This document shows, piece by piece, positions 21,901 through 32,978 of a DNA stretch of 64,000 nucleotides. The notes below the pieces were generated by a model. It was not told the origin of the DNA, made no database searches, and worked only from the letters and a program-made list of their open reading frames with translations. Numbering within the stretch: the stretch's first letter is position 1; the number at the start of each line of letters is the position of its first letter. The position numbers and the translations under genes are program-made. The stretch is from the NCBI GenBank assembly GCA_019828565.1, contig JAHDYR010000025.1:682001-746000 (forward strand), given 5' to 3'. This stretch comes from Carpediemonas membranifera BICM (Eukaryota > Protista > Fornicata).

Positions 21901-23327
21901 AGACACGATCGGACCCATCGCGGAGAGCGAGGGTCTGCGGTACGTGTGCGTGTTAATTGACACGTACTCGAAGCTAACTATGCTGGTCCCCACGCGTTCG
22001 ACGGACGCAGATGCCGCGGCAGGGGCAATTTTGGCCTGGGTGGGTCACTACGGAATTCCCCGGGTGATTCACAGCGACGGGGGCAGCCAGTATAGAAATA
22101 AGCTGATTGACGCTCTAATGGAAAGGCTCGGGTCGCAACATCACGTCGGCACGCCTTACCGCCCGGGTTCTCAAGGAATAGTTGAGAGGGTCAACGCCGA
22201 GGTTAAGAGGCATCTAGAGACGCTAATGCTCGATCTGCAGGAGTTTAGATGGACGCGGCTACTACCTTTGGCTCAGTACATCATTAATTCAACATCTGTG
22301 GCCAGGACAGGCCTATCGCCACTGAATTTGCTTTATAACCAAGACGTGGTCGTAAGACCAGAAGAGATCATGAGCAATGAGAGCAAGATGCCATTTGAGG
22401 CCTTCAAGCGCAGCCTAGAACTACAGAGAGTCATCCAAGACCAGGCGCTGCAACAACAAACACCATCAGAAGCATCACACGTGGCCCTATCGAACAAGCC
22501 AGTGCTGGTAACGACCACTGTCGGCCGCCGCACGAAGCTGGCTGGGCCAATGTGGTGCCAGGGACCCGCAGAGTCGCCGAACGTTTACTACGTGGAGAAC
22601 CTGACGACAGGCGTAGTGGCTAAGGTCCATGCCGAGCGTCTAAGACATTTTGAGTCTGACGCGACAAGGGCTGAGTTGACACGGCTCGCGGCCCAGAGAG
22701 TTGACGAATATGTCGTAGAAGCGATCGACTCTCACAAATTTGAGGACGGCGTCCTTCACCTACATGTGCTGTGGGAGGGGTACCTCGAGGAAGAGGCGAC
22801 ATGGGAACGCTTCAACGCCGACCTTGATGAACTTAGGGCGTTTGAGGAGTACCTCGCAGACAAACCGAGTTTGCGCAGAAAACTCCGAGGTCAAAGGAAA
22901 TTAGCTTCCTATAGGCAGCGCTAATAACCAACGGCTCATCAAAAAGCCATTTTGGGGTTTTGCCCAGTTGGTGACCGCAGCCTAGGGGGGGAAGAGCAGA
23001 ACGTTGGAATCTAGTTACTGATATTGGTTATTTCTTATGTTCTACACCATTCTGTCCGCTATTTGTTCGTTTAGAACAGCGTTCTTCAGACTATTGTGCT
23101 CAATTGCGTTTTTGACTTCACTGGAGTCGGTCTGGCGGGTTTTGCATTTCGCCGGACTTGAACCGTTAGAATTTTTGCTGACGGTTGGGAGGCACGTTTG
23201 AGCTTGTGGACGGTTTGGGATCATGGGGGGAAGTGTCATGACGACCTCATTTAATGATCAGTCTTATTTGGTCAATGATCTCAAACCTGCTTCTAAATTT
23301 CACTCTCTCAATTGTTTGGGTACCACA
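18983..23327 (+). mobile_element. Chromovirus (Ty3/Gypsy) LTR retrotransposon 1, full length
   Basis: Identical 94-bp LTRs TGTCATG...ACCACA at 18983-19076 and 23234-23327; TSD GGTGC at 18978-18982 and 23328-23332; PPT GGGGGGAAG 23225-23233. Confidence 0.97.
19088..22924 (+). CDS. Single Gag-Pol polyprotein: CCHC knuckle, protease (DTGA), RT (YVDD), RNase H, integrase, chromodomain
   Basis: Motifs in Gypsy order; EYVVEAIDSH...VLWEGY..EEATWE chromodomain. Confidence 0.95.
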   Translation: MHLPETKLNNAPFLRKATTKSWYTFRQDYEQYAAREADPIVAFDLIETQVLEVLKIRIPELEGFLEYANETPDEEPADTSELNEAFITMVDELMQPLDEVDALDRFKDLSCGSEGNLIDNMAAYALAYKRQVRNCCKVRPTEKLIVDAFVAGIRYGRLKERVNAKKAKTLDETIAEAFIQATEAEKARREHQRVERESATSATMTKAKEKSETACEYCQRKGHTADTCWKRKRDEREGVKGQKYVHLNALVAEDRDNRPIGEVGILGRVLAFLYDTGASADFISQSLVKELGLVVEPDHAKVKLATGTIYNSPGIVKLSADFGVLPSTGRRTQAALNLRVLPGLKPTLVMGISTLSALGLITIVKPTMENSGEPHFAELDEDEVDETLFTLAEAEHELQIRSFPEETNTILSKYKDVLGDISQPADVPPFELVLTNQKVINIPPYHVSAEEREDMQRQTAQLEDLNVIEESTSNYNNPTVLVWKRDRTRRLCLDFRRLNDATEDFDHDLPIIDDLVARLEGKTLFAKLDLSKAFHQIPMTKSSRRLTAFTVGKRKYQYKRLAFGLKGAAAFCQKTLESVLGDALWTRCLAYVDDIVIFGENQREYLDNLDYVLRKLNSAKLKLNLSKSEFGLTEIEYLGWLVNGDGKRIAPDRLEGIDRLTSPRDVAGVRTLLGFTNYFSHMIPNYGNMMEPVLALTRAKEEFRWEKAQQDALVDIKATLSQNNMLSHPKRGCQLILQTDASDYAVGAVLLQIEDGEERPIAFYSKTLSDVQRRWSTYEKEGFGIYYAMIKAERFLVGRPFTVRTDHRNLLYIATSTNAKVTRWRMALERFDYSVVHVPGQANGAADALSRLCGATVEADDHATWISEVHGGIHGHLGARATVNKLISLGRRWRGMYKDAEEFVQSCPVCQVTRKTAKPVQHLCHRTAGRLPFDVVQVDTIGPIAESEGLRYVCVLIDTYSKLTMLVPTRSTDADAAAGAILAWVGHYGIPRVIHSDGGSQYRNKLIDALMERLGSQHHVGTPYRPGSQGIVERVNAEVKRHLETLMLDLQEFRWTRLLPLAQYIINSTSVARTGLSPLNLLYNQDVVVRPEEIMSNESKMPFEAFKRSLELQRVIQDQALQQQTPSEASHVALSNKPVLVTTTVGRRTKLAGPMWCQGPAESPNVYYVENLTTGVVAKVHAERLRHFESDATRAELTRLAAQRVDEYVVEAIDSHKFEDGVLHLHVLWEGYLEEEATWERFNADLDELRAFEEYLADKPSLRRKLRGQRKLASYRQR

Positions 23328-23342
23328 GGTGCGTGTCCGACT

Positions 23343-26300
23343 TGTGCTATTGAAGGGTCAAACAATGTGTTTACTGAGGAGGTTTAGACCCGTGGTGGTG
23401 TAAATGGTCCAAACTAGGGGATTTGAATGCATCACTACCCCCCCTCCTTCAATGCGATGTCTAATCCTGCCGAGTGCCATTTGATTGGCGGGCCGACATT
23501 CTGAGCTTCAAATCATCAAACCGCTTCATGGCTTCCTCTAGGGGTGTATTCACCTGCAGGTACTGCTGAAGTATCGCATTGCCTCTCATATCCTCGTCTG
23601 TTGGGTTTCTCCACGTGTCGTCTGCTGGTTCGTATCCTAACCAGCGCACCTTCACCTCTGGCGTCTTCATCACGTCCTTCTTGATCCTGTGCGTGACGAT
23701 CTCTTTGATATACGTGTGCATACGGTCCTTGGCGCATTCTGCCTTCGCCTTCTCCTCATCCCAGTCGCCTTCTGCGAGCTTCAGATGCTTCACGTGCTTC
23801 TTATACGTCTTGTTCGTCTCGGGGTCCCTTATCACGAACGAGCTGGCGTTTCCAGGTGCCTTCTTGACCACCTGAAGTGGGCCTCTCCATCGTAGCTGGT
23901 ACTTCCCTCTCTGTTCTGCATCCCTGTCGACCATGACCCACGCCTTGGCTGTGATACGGGTCGGTGTCCTCTTGTTGTGCTTGTCCTGTCTGGCCTTGGC
24001 CGCGTCGTACGTCTTCTTCGCCGCGTCCCTGCGCTGTTGAGCTCTCATCTTCTCGTTCCGGACCATCTTGTCAATGACGTCCGTAACGTCGGCTCTCTCC
24101 TGGTTCGACAGTGTCATCTTCCCTTCCCGCTCTGTGGACACCACTAGCTTCCAGGGTGACGTGCCTGTCGTGGCAGATCTAGCCTGGTTGATGATGTTCT
24201 GAACCGCTGGCAGTAGGCCCATCCATTGCTTCGTGCCGCGCTGATGCATCTCGTCCCTGAGGTGGCGGTTCACTTCGCGATTCCTGCGCTCAACGATCCC
24301 ATTCTCCTCGTGATGGTATGGGGTGGTCGTCTTCGCGCCCCCGCCTAGCTCTGCCGCGAACGACTTGAACTCCTTCGAGTCGAACTGCCGTCCGCTATCG
24401 GTCACCCACTCGACCGGGGGCGGGAAGTGTGTGAGGTATCTTTCCCTGATTGCTCTGATGGTGGCGGCGGAGGTCACCGTCTTCAGTGGGCACAGGGTGA
24501 CCCACCTCGTCGACTCCTCCACCAGCACCAGGATGTACCGGTAACCCTGGTCTGCCTCTGCCATGTTGATGGTGTCGGCGAACACGCGACTGAACGGCGA
24601 CGCTGGCATGCGCAGCTGCTCCTGATATTGCTCGCGTGACCGGTGTTCGGCGTTCTTCTGGCACACGGGGCACTCCTTAACCATCCTCTGGACGTCCGTG
24701 TCCGCAGTGTCCCAGCGCAATCCCTTATCCTCGAGCTTCCACAGCGTCTGGTCAACCCCGTGGTGACCGGTGCCAGGTCCGTGAACGGACTTGAAGCGTG
24801 GCAGCTTCTGGGACTCGGGTATGGCCGGGAACGTGCCCTCCTCTTCGGGCTCGGCGTCAAGGGTGTCGCCCTCGTCTGTCCCGGCTGCTTCCTCGGTGTC
24901 GCTTTCGTCTGCCTCGTCGCGCTCGCGGTCAGGCTGTCCTGCCGCCTCTTCGCGGAACCGAACTCTCGGCTCGTCGGCGGCGACTTCTTCCGACTCTTCC
25001 TCCGCTGCGTCGACTGCACACATCACGGACACGATCGCACCCTGCTGCTCTGGTGTCAGGCTCTCGGCTTCTGCGCGGGGCATTCTGGACAGGCCGTCCG
25101 CGACCGTATTAGACTTACCAGGCACGTGGGTGATGCTGAACTTGAGGTTGCCCAGCTCAAGTGCCCAGCGCTGCACCATGGGGTCGACGTTGCCCCACGT
25201 GTACACGAGGTTACGGTGGTCCGTGAACATCTCAAACTCCCCTTGTGGCTAGGAACCGTCTCATCTTCCTCGTGGCCGCTATGATGGCGAATGCCTCCTT
25301 GCGGTAGGTGCTCCACTTGCGCTGGCTTGCTGTCAGGGCCTTGGAGAAGAACATCACAGGTCGCTTCGACCCGTCGTCCTCGACTCTGACCAGCACTGCG
25401 CCGACACCGGTGTCGGACGCGTCGGTGAACAGCTGTAGGCGGTCGTCAGGGCCCGGTGTGACCAACAGTGTGGGGGAGGTGACGATCTTCTTCAGTCTCT
25501 TGAACGCCTCTCTCTGGGGGTCGCCCCACACGAACGTCTGGCCCTTGATCTCCAGCTTGCGGATCGGCTCGGTGATGTCCGCGTAGCCGGGGATGAACTG
25601 GGAGAAGAAGTTGAAGATGCCCAATGTGGACCTGACGTCACTCACGTTTGTCGGGTCGGGCAGCTCCTGGACACCCTGGACGCGCCATGGGGGGATGCGC
25701 TTTCCCTCCGCCGACACTATCCATCCGAGGTACTCCACCTCCGTCAACCCGAAAAAGCACTTGTTCTTGTTGAGCTTCAGCTTCTTCTCTCGCACCCGGT
25801 CCATCACCCGCATCAGGTTCGCCTGGTACTCTTCCCAGGTCGACCCATAGACGATGATGTCGTCCACGTACACAAGACACGCCGTGCCCAGCATGTCCGC
25901 GAAAGCCTCCTCTAAGGCCTCTTGCATATGGCCAGCCGCGGTGGCAAGGCCGAACGGCATCGTAGTGTAGGTATAGTGCCCCTTGGAGTACGTGAACGCC
26001 AGGTACTCCTGTGTGTCGGGGTGCACCGGGACCTGATGGAAGGCCTTGCTGAGGTCAAGTGCTGCGAAGTACTTGTTGCCCCTCAGCCTCTCGATCAGCT
26101 CTTCCGTCGACGGCAAGTCGTGCTGAGTCATGGACGCCAGGAGCTCGTTCAGTGGCGAGTAGTCCATGCACGGCCGCCACGTCCCGGCCTTCTTCCGCAC
26201 CATGACCACTGAGCTGCTCCAGGGAGACTTGGTTGGGATGATGATCCCGCTTTCCTCCAGCTTCTGCATCTCTGACCGGAGTTCATCCTCCACCTGTCTT

Positions 26301-27989
26301 GGGAACCTTCGGGGCAGACGGAAGTAGGGTCGGGCGTCCTTCTTCAGCGTGACCTTGAACGGCTTAAGGTCTGCTGGTTCGCCTGCATCGCCGAAGCAGT
26401 CGCTGTATCTCTCGGCCCAGTCCTCTGTGAGCTTGGAGATGACCTGGATGGGGGTCTGCTTCGGTGTCAAGGTTGCGGTTGATTAGGCCGAGGGAGTCAA
26501 TCACCTCCATGTTGATGAGGAACGACTCGGCCTTGTCCATCGCATACCAGGTCGGCGTCGCGGTGACCTCTCTGTCGAGGTGGAGGGTGATCGGCACATC
26601 TGACAACACTCGGTAGACCCTCCTCATCGACTCGTCAGCCAAGCGGACTGTCTCGCCCCGCGTGGCGATCTTCAGTCCCTTCTCGACGGCCCAGTCCCTC
26701 GGCACGACGCTGAACGAGGAGCAGGTGTCCATGCGGACGATCAACTCTTCGCCCAGCAGACTGGCCTTCTCCTGCCAGATAGTCTTGGACGCTAACATAA
26801 AACAGAAAGGATACTCAGATGGCTTTACAACTGTGCACTGGTGCGACTTGTGGCCGAACTCGCCGCACCTGAAGCACTTCGGCTCCTCGTGTGGGCAGTC
26901 GGCCGAGTCGTGACCCTTTTCGCCGCAGTTGAAGCAGCCGCGGCCCCCTTGCCGCCGCTCAGGCTTGGCCCCCTCGGCCGCGCCGTCATTGCGTCTGCGC
27001 TCTCCCGTCCTCGCTGGCATCTTCCGCTCCTCTCTCGGCTTGCTCTGCAGTGACTCGAGCTGCTTCTGTAGGGCCGCGAGCCGGCTGCTCGGCACCAGGT
27101 CAAACTCTCGCATGGCATCTGTTCGGGCCCGTAGGTACTTTGCTATGACCTTCAACGACTTCGCGACTGTTGACTTGGAAAGAACAACAGAGCGAAGAGA
27201 CGATGCGATCGTCTCGTCATCGAGGCTCGCCAGAACGATCTCCTGGAGCTCTCTAGCATCCAGGGATCCGACCTTCTCGAACAGATCTACCATATCCGTG
27301 AACACATGGCGGTAACGGGTGAAAGAGGTCTCACGGAGCTTGCGAAGCTCGCGGTACGCGCGCTGAAGACTGATATTGGTTAGTGTGGCCTCAGCCATCA
27401 CCACCCAGCGCTCATCGCGCTTCCTCCTCGTTGTCTTCGCCTCCTTCTTCTCTTGGTCTTGAGCCATGATGTACCGGAGCAAAGCGTCGTCCCGGGCGGT
27501 CGTCTTGCCGCTTGTCTTCTTCTTCCGGGCCGGGTTAGCGATGAGTGTGCTCCGGGCGTCATCCTCGGAGTCGCTCTGGGCGTGCGCGTCTTCGCCGCCC
27601 CTGCTGCTGTCGCTACCCTCGTTGGCGCTGAACATCTCCTCGTCGTCTTCACTCGAGCTGTCAGAGCTGTCATCGGAGCTTTCGTCGTCCTCCAGAGCTT
27701 GGTATGCGTCCTTGATACTTGTTCTCACTTTCGCGTCGATGCACTCGAAGAGGGTCTTCGGCTTGACCTCATCTTCAGCATAGAGTGCGTAGCTCATGCG
27801 GAACCTCACCCAGTCGGCTGCAGTGTGCCGGAGATACTTCGGGTAAGTCCCTTTTGGGTCGTCGTCATCGTCATCCTTCTTCATGCGTAGTAATTACTGT
27901 GCTATTGAAGGGTCAAACAATGTGTTTACTGAGGAGGTTTAGACCCGTGGTGGTGTAAATGGTCCAAACTAGGGGATTTGAATGCATCA
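23343..27989 (-). mobile_element. Chromovirus LTR retrotransposon 2, full length, different family
   Basis: Identical 92-bp LTRs at 23343-23434 and 27898-27989 (sense TGATGC...AGCACA); TSD CGACT at 23338-23342 and 27990-27994; G-rich PPT on the minus strand next to 23435. Confidence 0.97.
23461..27884 (-). CDS. Gag-Pol of element 2, split by two apparent 1-nt homopolymer frameshifts (~26452 and ~25240)
   Basis: Two CCHC knuckles, DTCS protease, YVDD, FTDASD, DDE integrase, chromodomain VRWLGYEPADDTW; removing one base from each homopolymer restores a single ORF. Confidence 0.9.
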
Positions 27990-28026
27990 CGACTGCAGCC
28001 GAGTTGCTTGGCAACGAACGAACGAC

Positions 28027-29562
28027 ATGAGCAATGAAGGCAAGAAGACGCGAGAGGCGCTGATCACTGCCCATCGGCTCTCAATCACGGCTACGAGCAG
28101 CATCGCAGGCGACATCCCCTCGCTCATGGCCTGCGCGTACCAGCGCCACTTCAACGAGGAGATTCCGCTCAGATCTGGCGTGCTGTCCGCATTAAGGACG
28201 TTTATCCACAATCATACAACCACAGACGCGCCGCAAGATGGCCACGATCTCGAATCACTCCTCGCCACGCTCTCAGAGATCCCCCCTCTCGAGCCATCCG
28301 CGCAAGCCCTCCTCGACCACGCCCGCTCGATCCTCACCAGCGGCCCCCTGCTGTCCATGAACGTCGAGCTCGCGGATGGCGAGGAGCTCCCGGTCGCGCT
28401 GCACACGCTGAACCAGGGCGCGGTGTGGGCGTGTCTGGTGGGTGGCGGGGCCAACCCCGACCTCGAGGGCAGGGTGCTGAAGAAGGCTCGAGAGGAGCAG
28501 CCAGGTAAGACTAATATGCATGACAAGATCCGCAAGGCTCTCACCCCCGAGGCCAAGTGCCTCTGGTTCCTCTGCCGCAAGTTCTTCTTCTCGCTGAACG
28601 TCGCCGAGAAGGACGGCGAGAGCTATCAGTGGAATTGGCACGACATATGCCACCACCACCGCATGTACATGGGCCGACTCTTCATGCTCAGTACTGCCAA
28701 CCACACCGCCCTCACCAGGGCCAGGATGCCCAGGGCCCTCGAGGTCTACAGCGACAGGTACACCCACATCGCCAGGACGCCCAAGGGTCTGTGGGGCTGG
28801 GGGGAGAACTATTATGGTCAGCTGGGGTTCAAGTCATCTGAGTTCGTCGACCCGACCCGCCTCACCTTCCCCGCCTGTACCAAGGTCGCCGAGCTCGAGG
28901 CCAGCCTGCCCCCTTGGGAGAAGCATACGATGGTGACTGATGTGTCGATGAAGGGATGGCAGACGTTCATAGTCACCCCGGTCGGCACTGTCATGGCGGG
29001 CGACGAGACACGATGGTATACAGACCTTGTTCAAGAATACGATAACCGCTTCCACCCAGTCGCTGTGCCCGCTGGATTTATCCCAGATCACATCGTGCAT
29101 GAATATGATATTGTCATACTCTCCATGTGCAATCGGTATGTGATCAGTGGCAATAACTGTCATGGCCAGCTGGGACTCGGGCACGAGAATGATATGGCTG
29201 GCTTCGAGGAGCTTCCTTTCAGAGTCGACCGGATCATGCCATCTCATTCCTTCCATGTCTTCCTCAGCAGCCGTCAGCTGCTGTTCGCCGGGCAAGTCCT
29301 CTCTCATATCGTCCAGTCTGGCCTGTTGCCAGGATACAGAGAGGGCGACAGGTGCCTCACAGCCACCCCGCTCCGCTTCCTTGCGAGGGTCAAGGGGTTC
29401 TTTTGTGACCAGTTGACTCTCGTCTGGGTCAATGAGGGCAGCACTCATCTGTGTGATTACGACAAGCAGTGCTCTGTGCCCTTTGAGGCGACAGCACTTG
29501 GCAGTAAAGTAGGACTCTCAATCGTCTATAGCAGACTTCATTTGGAGCGGGTGCAGTTTTAG
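28027..29562 (+). CDS. RCC1/BLIP-II-like propeller family protein, copy A (C-terminus replaced after 29504)
   Basis: WGWGENYYGQLG, SGNNCHGQLGLG repeats. Confidence 0.85.
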   Translation: MSNEGKKTREALITAHRLSITATSSIAGDIPSLMACAYQRHFNEEIPLRSGVLSALRTFIHNHTTTDAPQDGHDLESLLATLSEIPPLEPSAQALLDHARSILTSGPLLSMNVELADGEELPVALHTLNQGAVWACLVGGGANPDLEGRVLKKAREEQPGKTNMHDKIRKALTPEAKCLWFLCRKFFFSLNVAEKDGESYQWNWHDICHHHRMYMGRLFMLSTANHTALTRARMPRALEVYSDRYTHIARTPKGLWGWGENYYGQLGFKSSEFVDPTRLTFPACTKVAELEASLPPWEKHTMVTDVSMKGWQTFIVTPVGTVMAGDETRWYTDLVQEYDNRFHPVAVPAGFIPDHIVHEYDIVILSMCNRYVISGNNCHGQLGLGHENDMAGFEELPFRVDRIMPSHSFHVFLSSRQLLFAGQVLSHIVQSGLLPGYREGDRCLTATPLRFLARVKGFFCDQLTLVWVNEGSTHLCDYDKQCSVPFEATALGSKVGLSIVYSRLHLERVQF

Positions 29563-29590
29563 CCTCGCAGCAGTCGCTTGTGCGAGGAGA

Positions 29591-30361
29591 ATGAACGAGT
29601 TTGAGCGCTATGAGCGTCAGGTTCTCGTTCCCCAGATAGGAAAGGATGGCCAGAAGCTCCTTTCCGAGGCTAAGGTCTTGATCATCGGCGCTGGTGGCCT
29701 CGGCACCCCCGTGATTCAGTACCTCGCTGGCATGGGCGTTGGAGCCATTACAATCGTCGATCACGATACAGTAAGTATCACAAACCTCCACCGCCAAGTG
29801 ATCCACGGCGAGTCCTCCGTCGGCGTGAACAAGGCTGAGAACGCCGCTGCTGTCGTCCGAAACATCAACAGCGACATCACCGTTGCCGTACACACTGGCC
29901 CAGTCACACCAGACACAATGGGCTCCCTTGCAGCGGGCCACACGGTCATCGTCGACTGCTCCGACAACCTCCCCACCCGCTACCTCGTTGACCGGACCGC
30001 CTCGGCCCTTGGCCTGCCCCTCGTGCAGGGGACATGCCTCAGGACCGCGGGCCAGGTGTCGGTGTTCAACTACCCGCCCGGTGTGGGCCCACGGTACGCA
30101 GACGTCTTCCCTCGGCCGCCCCAGCCCGATAAGGTCACCACTGCCTCAGTCTCGGGCGTGTTCCCCCCTGCTTGCGGCGTTGTGGGCAGCTACATGGCCA
30201 GTGAAGTGGTCAAGGTTGTTCTCAAGAGCGAGGGCGTGCTTGCTGGCAGGATGCTGTCCGTCGACCTGTGGTGGGGCGAGTGCCGGGTCGTGCAGCTCAA
30301 GGCACGCGGTCAGGGCGAGGTGGAGGTGGCAGGTGGGTATCCCAACACGCCATGGGAGTAG
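29591..30361 (+). CDS. ThiF/MoeB/Uba4-type E1-like adenylyltransferase without rhodanese domain (copy 1)
   Basis: RYERQ..VPQIG..GQ.LL, IIGAGGLG, VDHDTVSITNLHRQ, DCSDN. Confidence 0.9.
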   Translation: MNEFERYERQVLVPQIGKDGQKLLSEAKVLIIGAGGLGTPVIQYLAGMGVGAITIVDHDTVSITNLHRQVIHGESSVGVNKAENAAAVVRNINSDITVAVHTGPVTPDTMGSLAAGHTVIVDCSDNLPTRYLVDRTASALGLPLVQGTCLRTAGQVSVFNYPPGVGPRYADVFPRPPQPDKVTTASVSGVFPPACGVVGSYMASEVVKVVLKSEGVLAGRMLSVDLWWGECRVVQLKARGQGEVEVAGGYPNTPWE

Positions 30362-30507
30362 GCCTTGGCCTTGTTGATTTTATGACGTGTGGGGCCGAGG
30401 CTCCGCGGGTAATGGTAAATTTAGTCATTAATACTTGAACACTAGCCTAGCACACCCTGGGGCAAGGGTGGCGGCCATCAGCAAGGGTTGGCCTTATCGC
30501 GCGCACG

Positions 30508-31615
30508 ATGAACACCTCGGCGCGGAAGAACTTCTTTCACATCGCAGCGGGGTATACAGATGATGCAGGCGGTTGCTATCCCACAGTATCATCCATGCGA
30601 TCCGCATATTGCCATCTCTTCCGTGCTAACCGCAATTACCTCAAACACTACAAAATGCGTACTCTCAAAGGCGTGAAGACCATCAACGCCTTCGATACGA
30701 TCCCAACAGGTACCGGTGCGATCATATCCGACAACACGGGCATCTACTACCACCCCATCGGTGCCCCCCGACGAGCTCCACCGCTCAACCCTCGTCTCCA
30801 TCCCCGCCGCAGAGCTCTACGCGGACTGGCCCAACAGGAAGGTGGTCTCCCTACGCAGTGACCGGCGCGGCCTCCTCTTGGTGGACATGGAGACCGGCGC
30901 GGTCACTCAGCACCGCGAGGACACGTCGATACGGTCTCTCCTGTCGTCAGCGGACGGCCACGGGTACTTCATTGCCAATGGCAAGCTATGCAGACTCGAC
31001 CCACGAAAGGCGGAGGTCTGCGCGACGTTCACTGTGGAGCAGCGTGCGAAGGGCACTTTCGGGGCGGCTTCGAGTCGGTCTGCCTTGTCGGCTGCCGTGA
31101 CGGACAACATCGCGGCTGTTTCGATGAGTGATGACTCGCTATGTCTCTTCGACCTCCGGAAGTCCGGAGTCCTGACCAGCCTGCCCATGCCGGAACCTTT
31201 TTCGCGCACCGCTTTTTCTGGCAACACACTTTTATGCGTCGGCAAGCGATCTGGCACAATCGACTTAGCCCAACCCCGGCCCACGTTCGAGGCCGTCGCA
31301 GAGACCCCCGTCATCACCATGGGCGACAACGGCGTCGTCCTCGCCGACCCATCCCGACCCTGGCGGCCTCCAGTGACTCTATCCCACGGCCCGCAGCCCC
31401 TAGCATTGCCCGCCGTTCCCCAGGTCCGGGGTGACCTGGCGCTGCTGCCCGTGGGCAAGAGTACCGAGGTGTTCACCACTGCGGCCGGGCTAAGGCGGGT
31501 TGGGTGTGTCGCTGGCGTTGCTGCGATTGCCGAGGCTGAGAATGGAGTGCTTACATGCGACCCCCTGGGGCAACTCGGCTTCGGGCGAGTGACTCGTCGC
31601 TTTGTCATGCGGTGA
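30508..31615 (+). CDS. WD40-like protein with a DxR motif, possibly DCAF-like (copy 1; frameshift in C run ~30765)
   Basis: SDDSLCLFDLRK; the two copies' frameshifts are complementary and give one ~370-aa ORF. Confidence 0.6.
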
Positions 31616-31759
31616 GCAGGTCGGGCCAGTCAGAGTTCACGACGGCCTGTCTGACAGCTCTCCAGGGCCGGGTCGAGTCAGTGGTTTTGGTGGCACGCTT
31701 TGGGTGGAGATCAACGTGCTGGGTACATCTACACAGTTGCCCAGTTGTGTATAAAGGAC

Positions 31760-31885
31760 TCACACCACGTGGTTGACATAGACAATCTCGTCGGCCCGAA
31801 GCACGAAGAGGAGCTCGTCCATGCTGCTGACATCCATCGCCATGGGCTCTCCGAACGTCGGCATGTCGACGTTCCTTGCCTCCTC
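31760..31885 (-). pseudogene. 3' remnant of the RCC1-like gene type found at 40692-42372 (repeated at ~37211-37336)
   Basis: NVDMPTFGEPMAMD.SSMDELLFVLRADEIV.VNHVV nearly identical to the 3' end of the gene ending at 40692. Confidence 0.75.
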
Positions 31886-31989
31886 GGTGCAGCACTCCTC
31901 TTTTGGAATGTGCAGAATAAGGAATAGCCAAACGACATTTTGTCGTTCGAAATGATGAAAGATCAAATCGGGAGCTGAATCAAACAGAA

Positions 31990-32978
31990 ATGAAGCACTT
32001 ATTTATTGCTTTAGCAGTATTCGCGACGTTTACGTCCTCAGCTTGTCTTGATCTCCCAAATTCATTCGATGCCCGCAAGAAATGGGGCTCCTCCTGTCCT
32101 GTGTTGCATGACATCAAAACTCAGGAACACTGCGGATCTTGTGCCTTTCTTAGCATTGCACAAGTTGTATCCGATCGCCACTGCATCGCCACCGGCAGCT
32201 CCATTCCCTTTTCCGCCCAGTGGCTGATGTCCTGCGTGGACTATGAAAAGAGCCTGACTGGGTACCTTGCAATGGAATTCCGGGAAACATGGTGTTTGAC
32301 GCCGTGGTTGAGCACGGGATGGTCCCAGAGACCTGCCTTCCATACAGCTCGAACGACTGGGTGACTCCCGCCTGCCCCGCGACTTGCAACGACGGTACCG
32401 CATTCAACAAGCGCACATACACGATCAAAGAGTACGGCATTATTGACAGTGCCTCTGATGACATTGTGACTGCCATCCAGGAGGAGATCTTCCTCCGCGG
32501 GCCGCTGTTCGTGGCCATAGATGTGTACTCCGACTTCAATGACTATGAGACTGGCGTATACACCTGCAACCAGCATTCAGACGAGGAACCGGGCGCACAC
32601 GCCGTTCGAATCGTCGGCTGGGGCGTCGAGGACGGCATCCCATACTGGCTCTGCACCAACACCTGGGGCCGGGAGTGGGGCAGCGATGGCGCGTTCAAGA
32701 TCCGCCGTGGCGTGAATGAGTGTGGGATCGAGGGAGGTTTCAGCGCCTTCCCGATCTTCGACCGCAGTGGCTGGGCTCTGGCGAGGATGTGGGCAGGCAA
32801 GCTGGTGTCAGGCGTTTCATTCCTAATCGCTGGCCTTCAGTTCTGCAGCGATGTTCTCTCGGTGAAGCCGTTGGCTGCGGTGTCCCTCCGTTCCCGTCGC
32901 AAGGATTTGTGTGAGAGCAAGGAGAAATCCGAGTACGCTGGTCGCGGGCATCGAGCTATCGACTTAAAGATGGATTGA
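31990..32978 (+). CDS. Cathepsin B-like C1A protease (copy 1; frameshift in A run ~32247)
   Basis: LPNSFDARKKW, QEHCGSC, HAVRIVGWG, WLCTNTWG, FKIRRGVNECGIE. Confidence 0.88.

Noticed and set aside
25232-26470. Programmed frameshifts in retrotransposon 2
   Set aside because: Both breaks lie in homopolymers and one is inside RNase H; the same error type occurs in the tandem copies, so long-read indels are more likely
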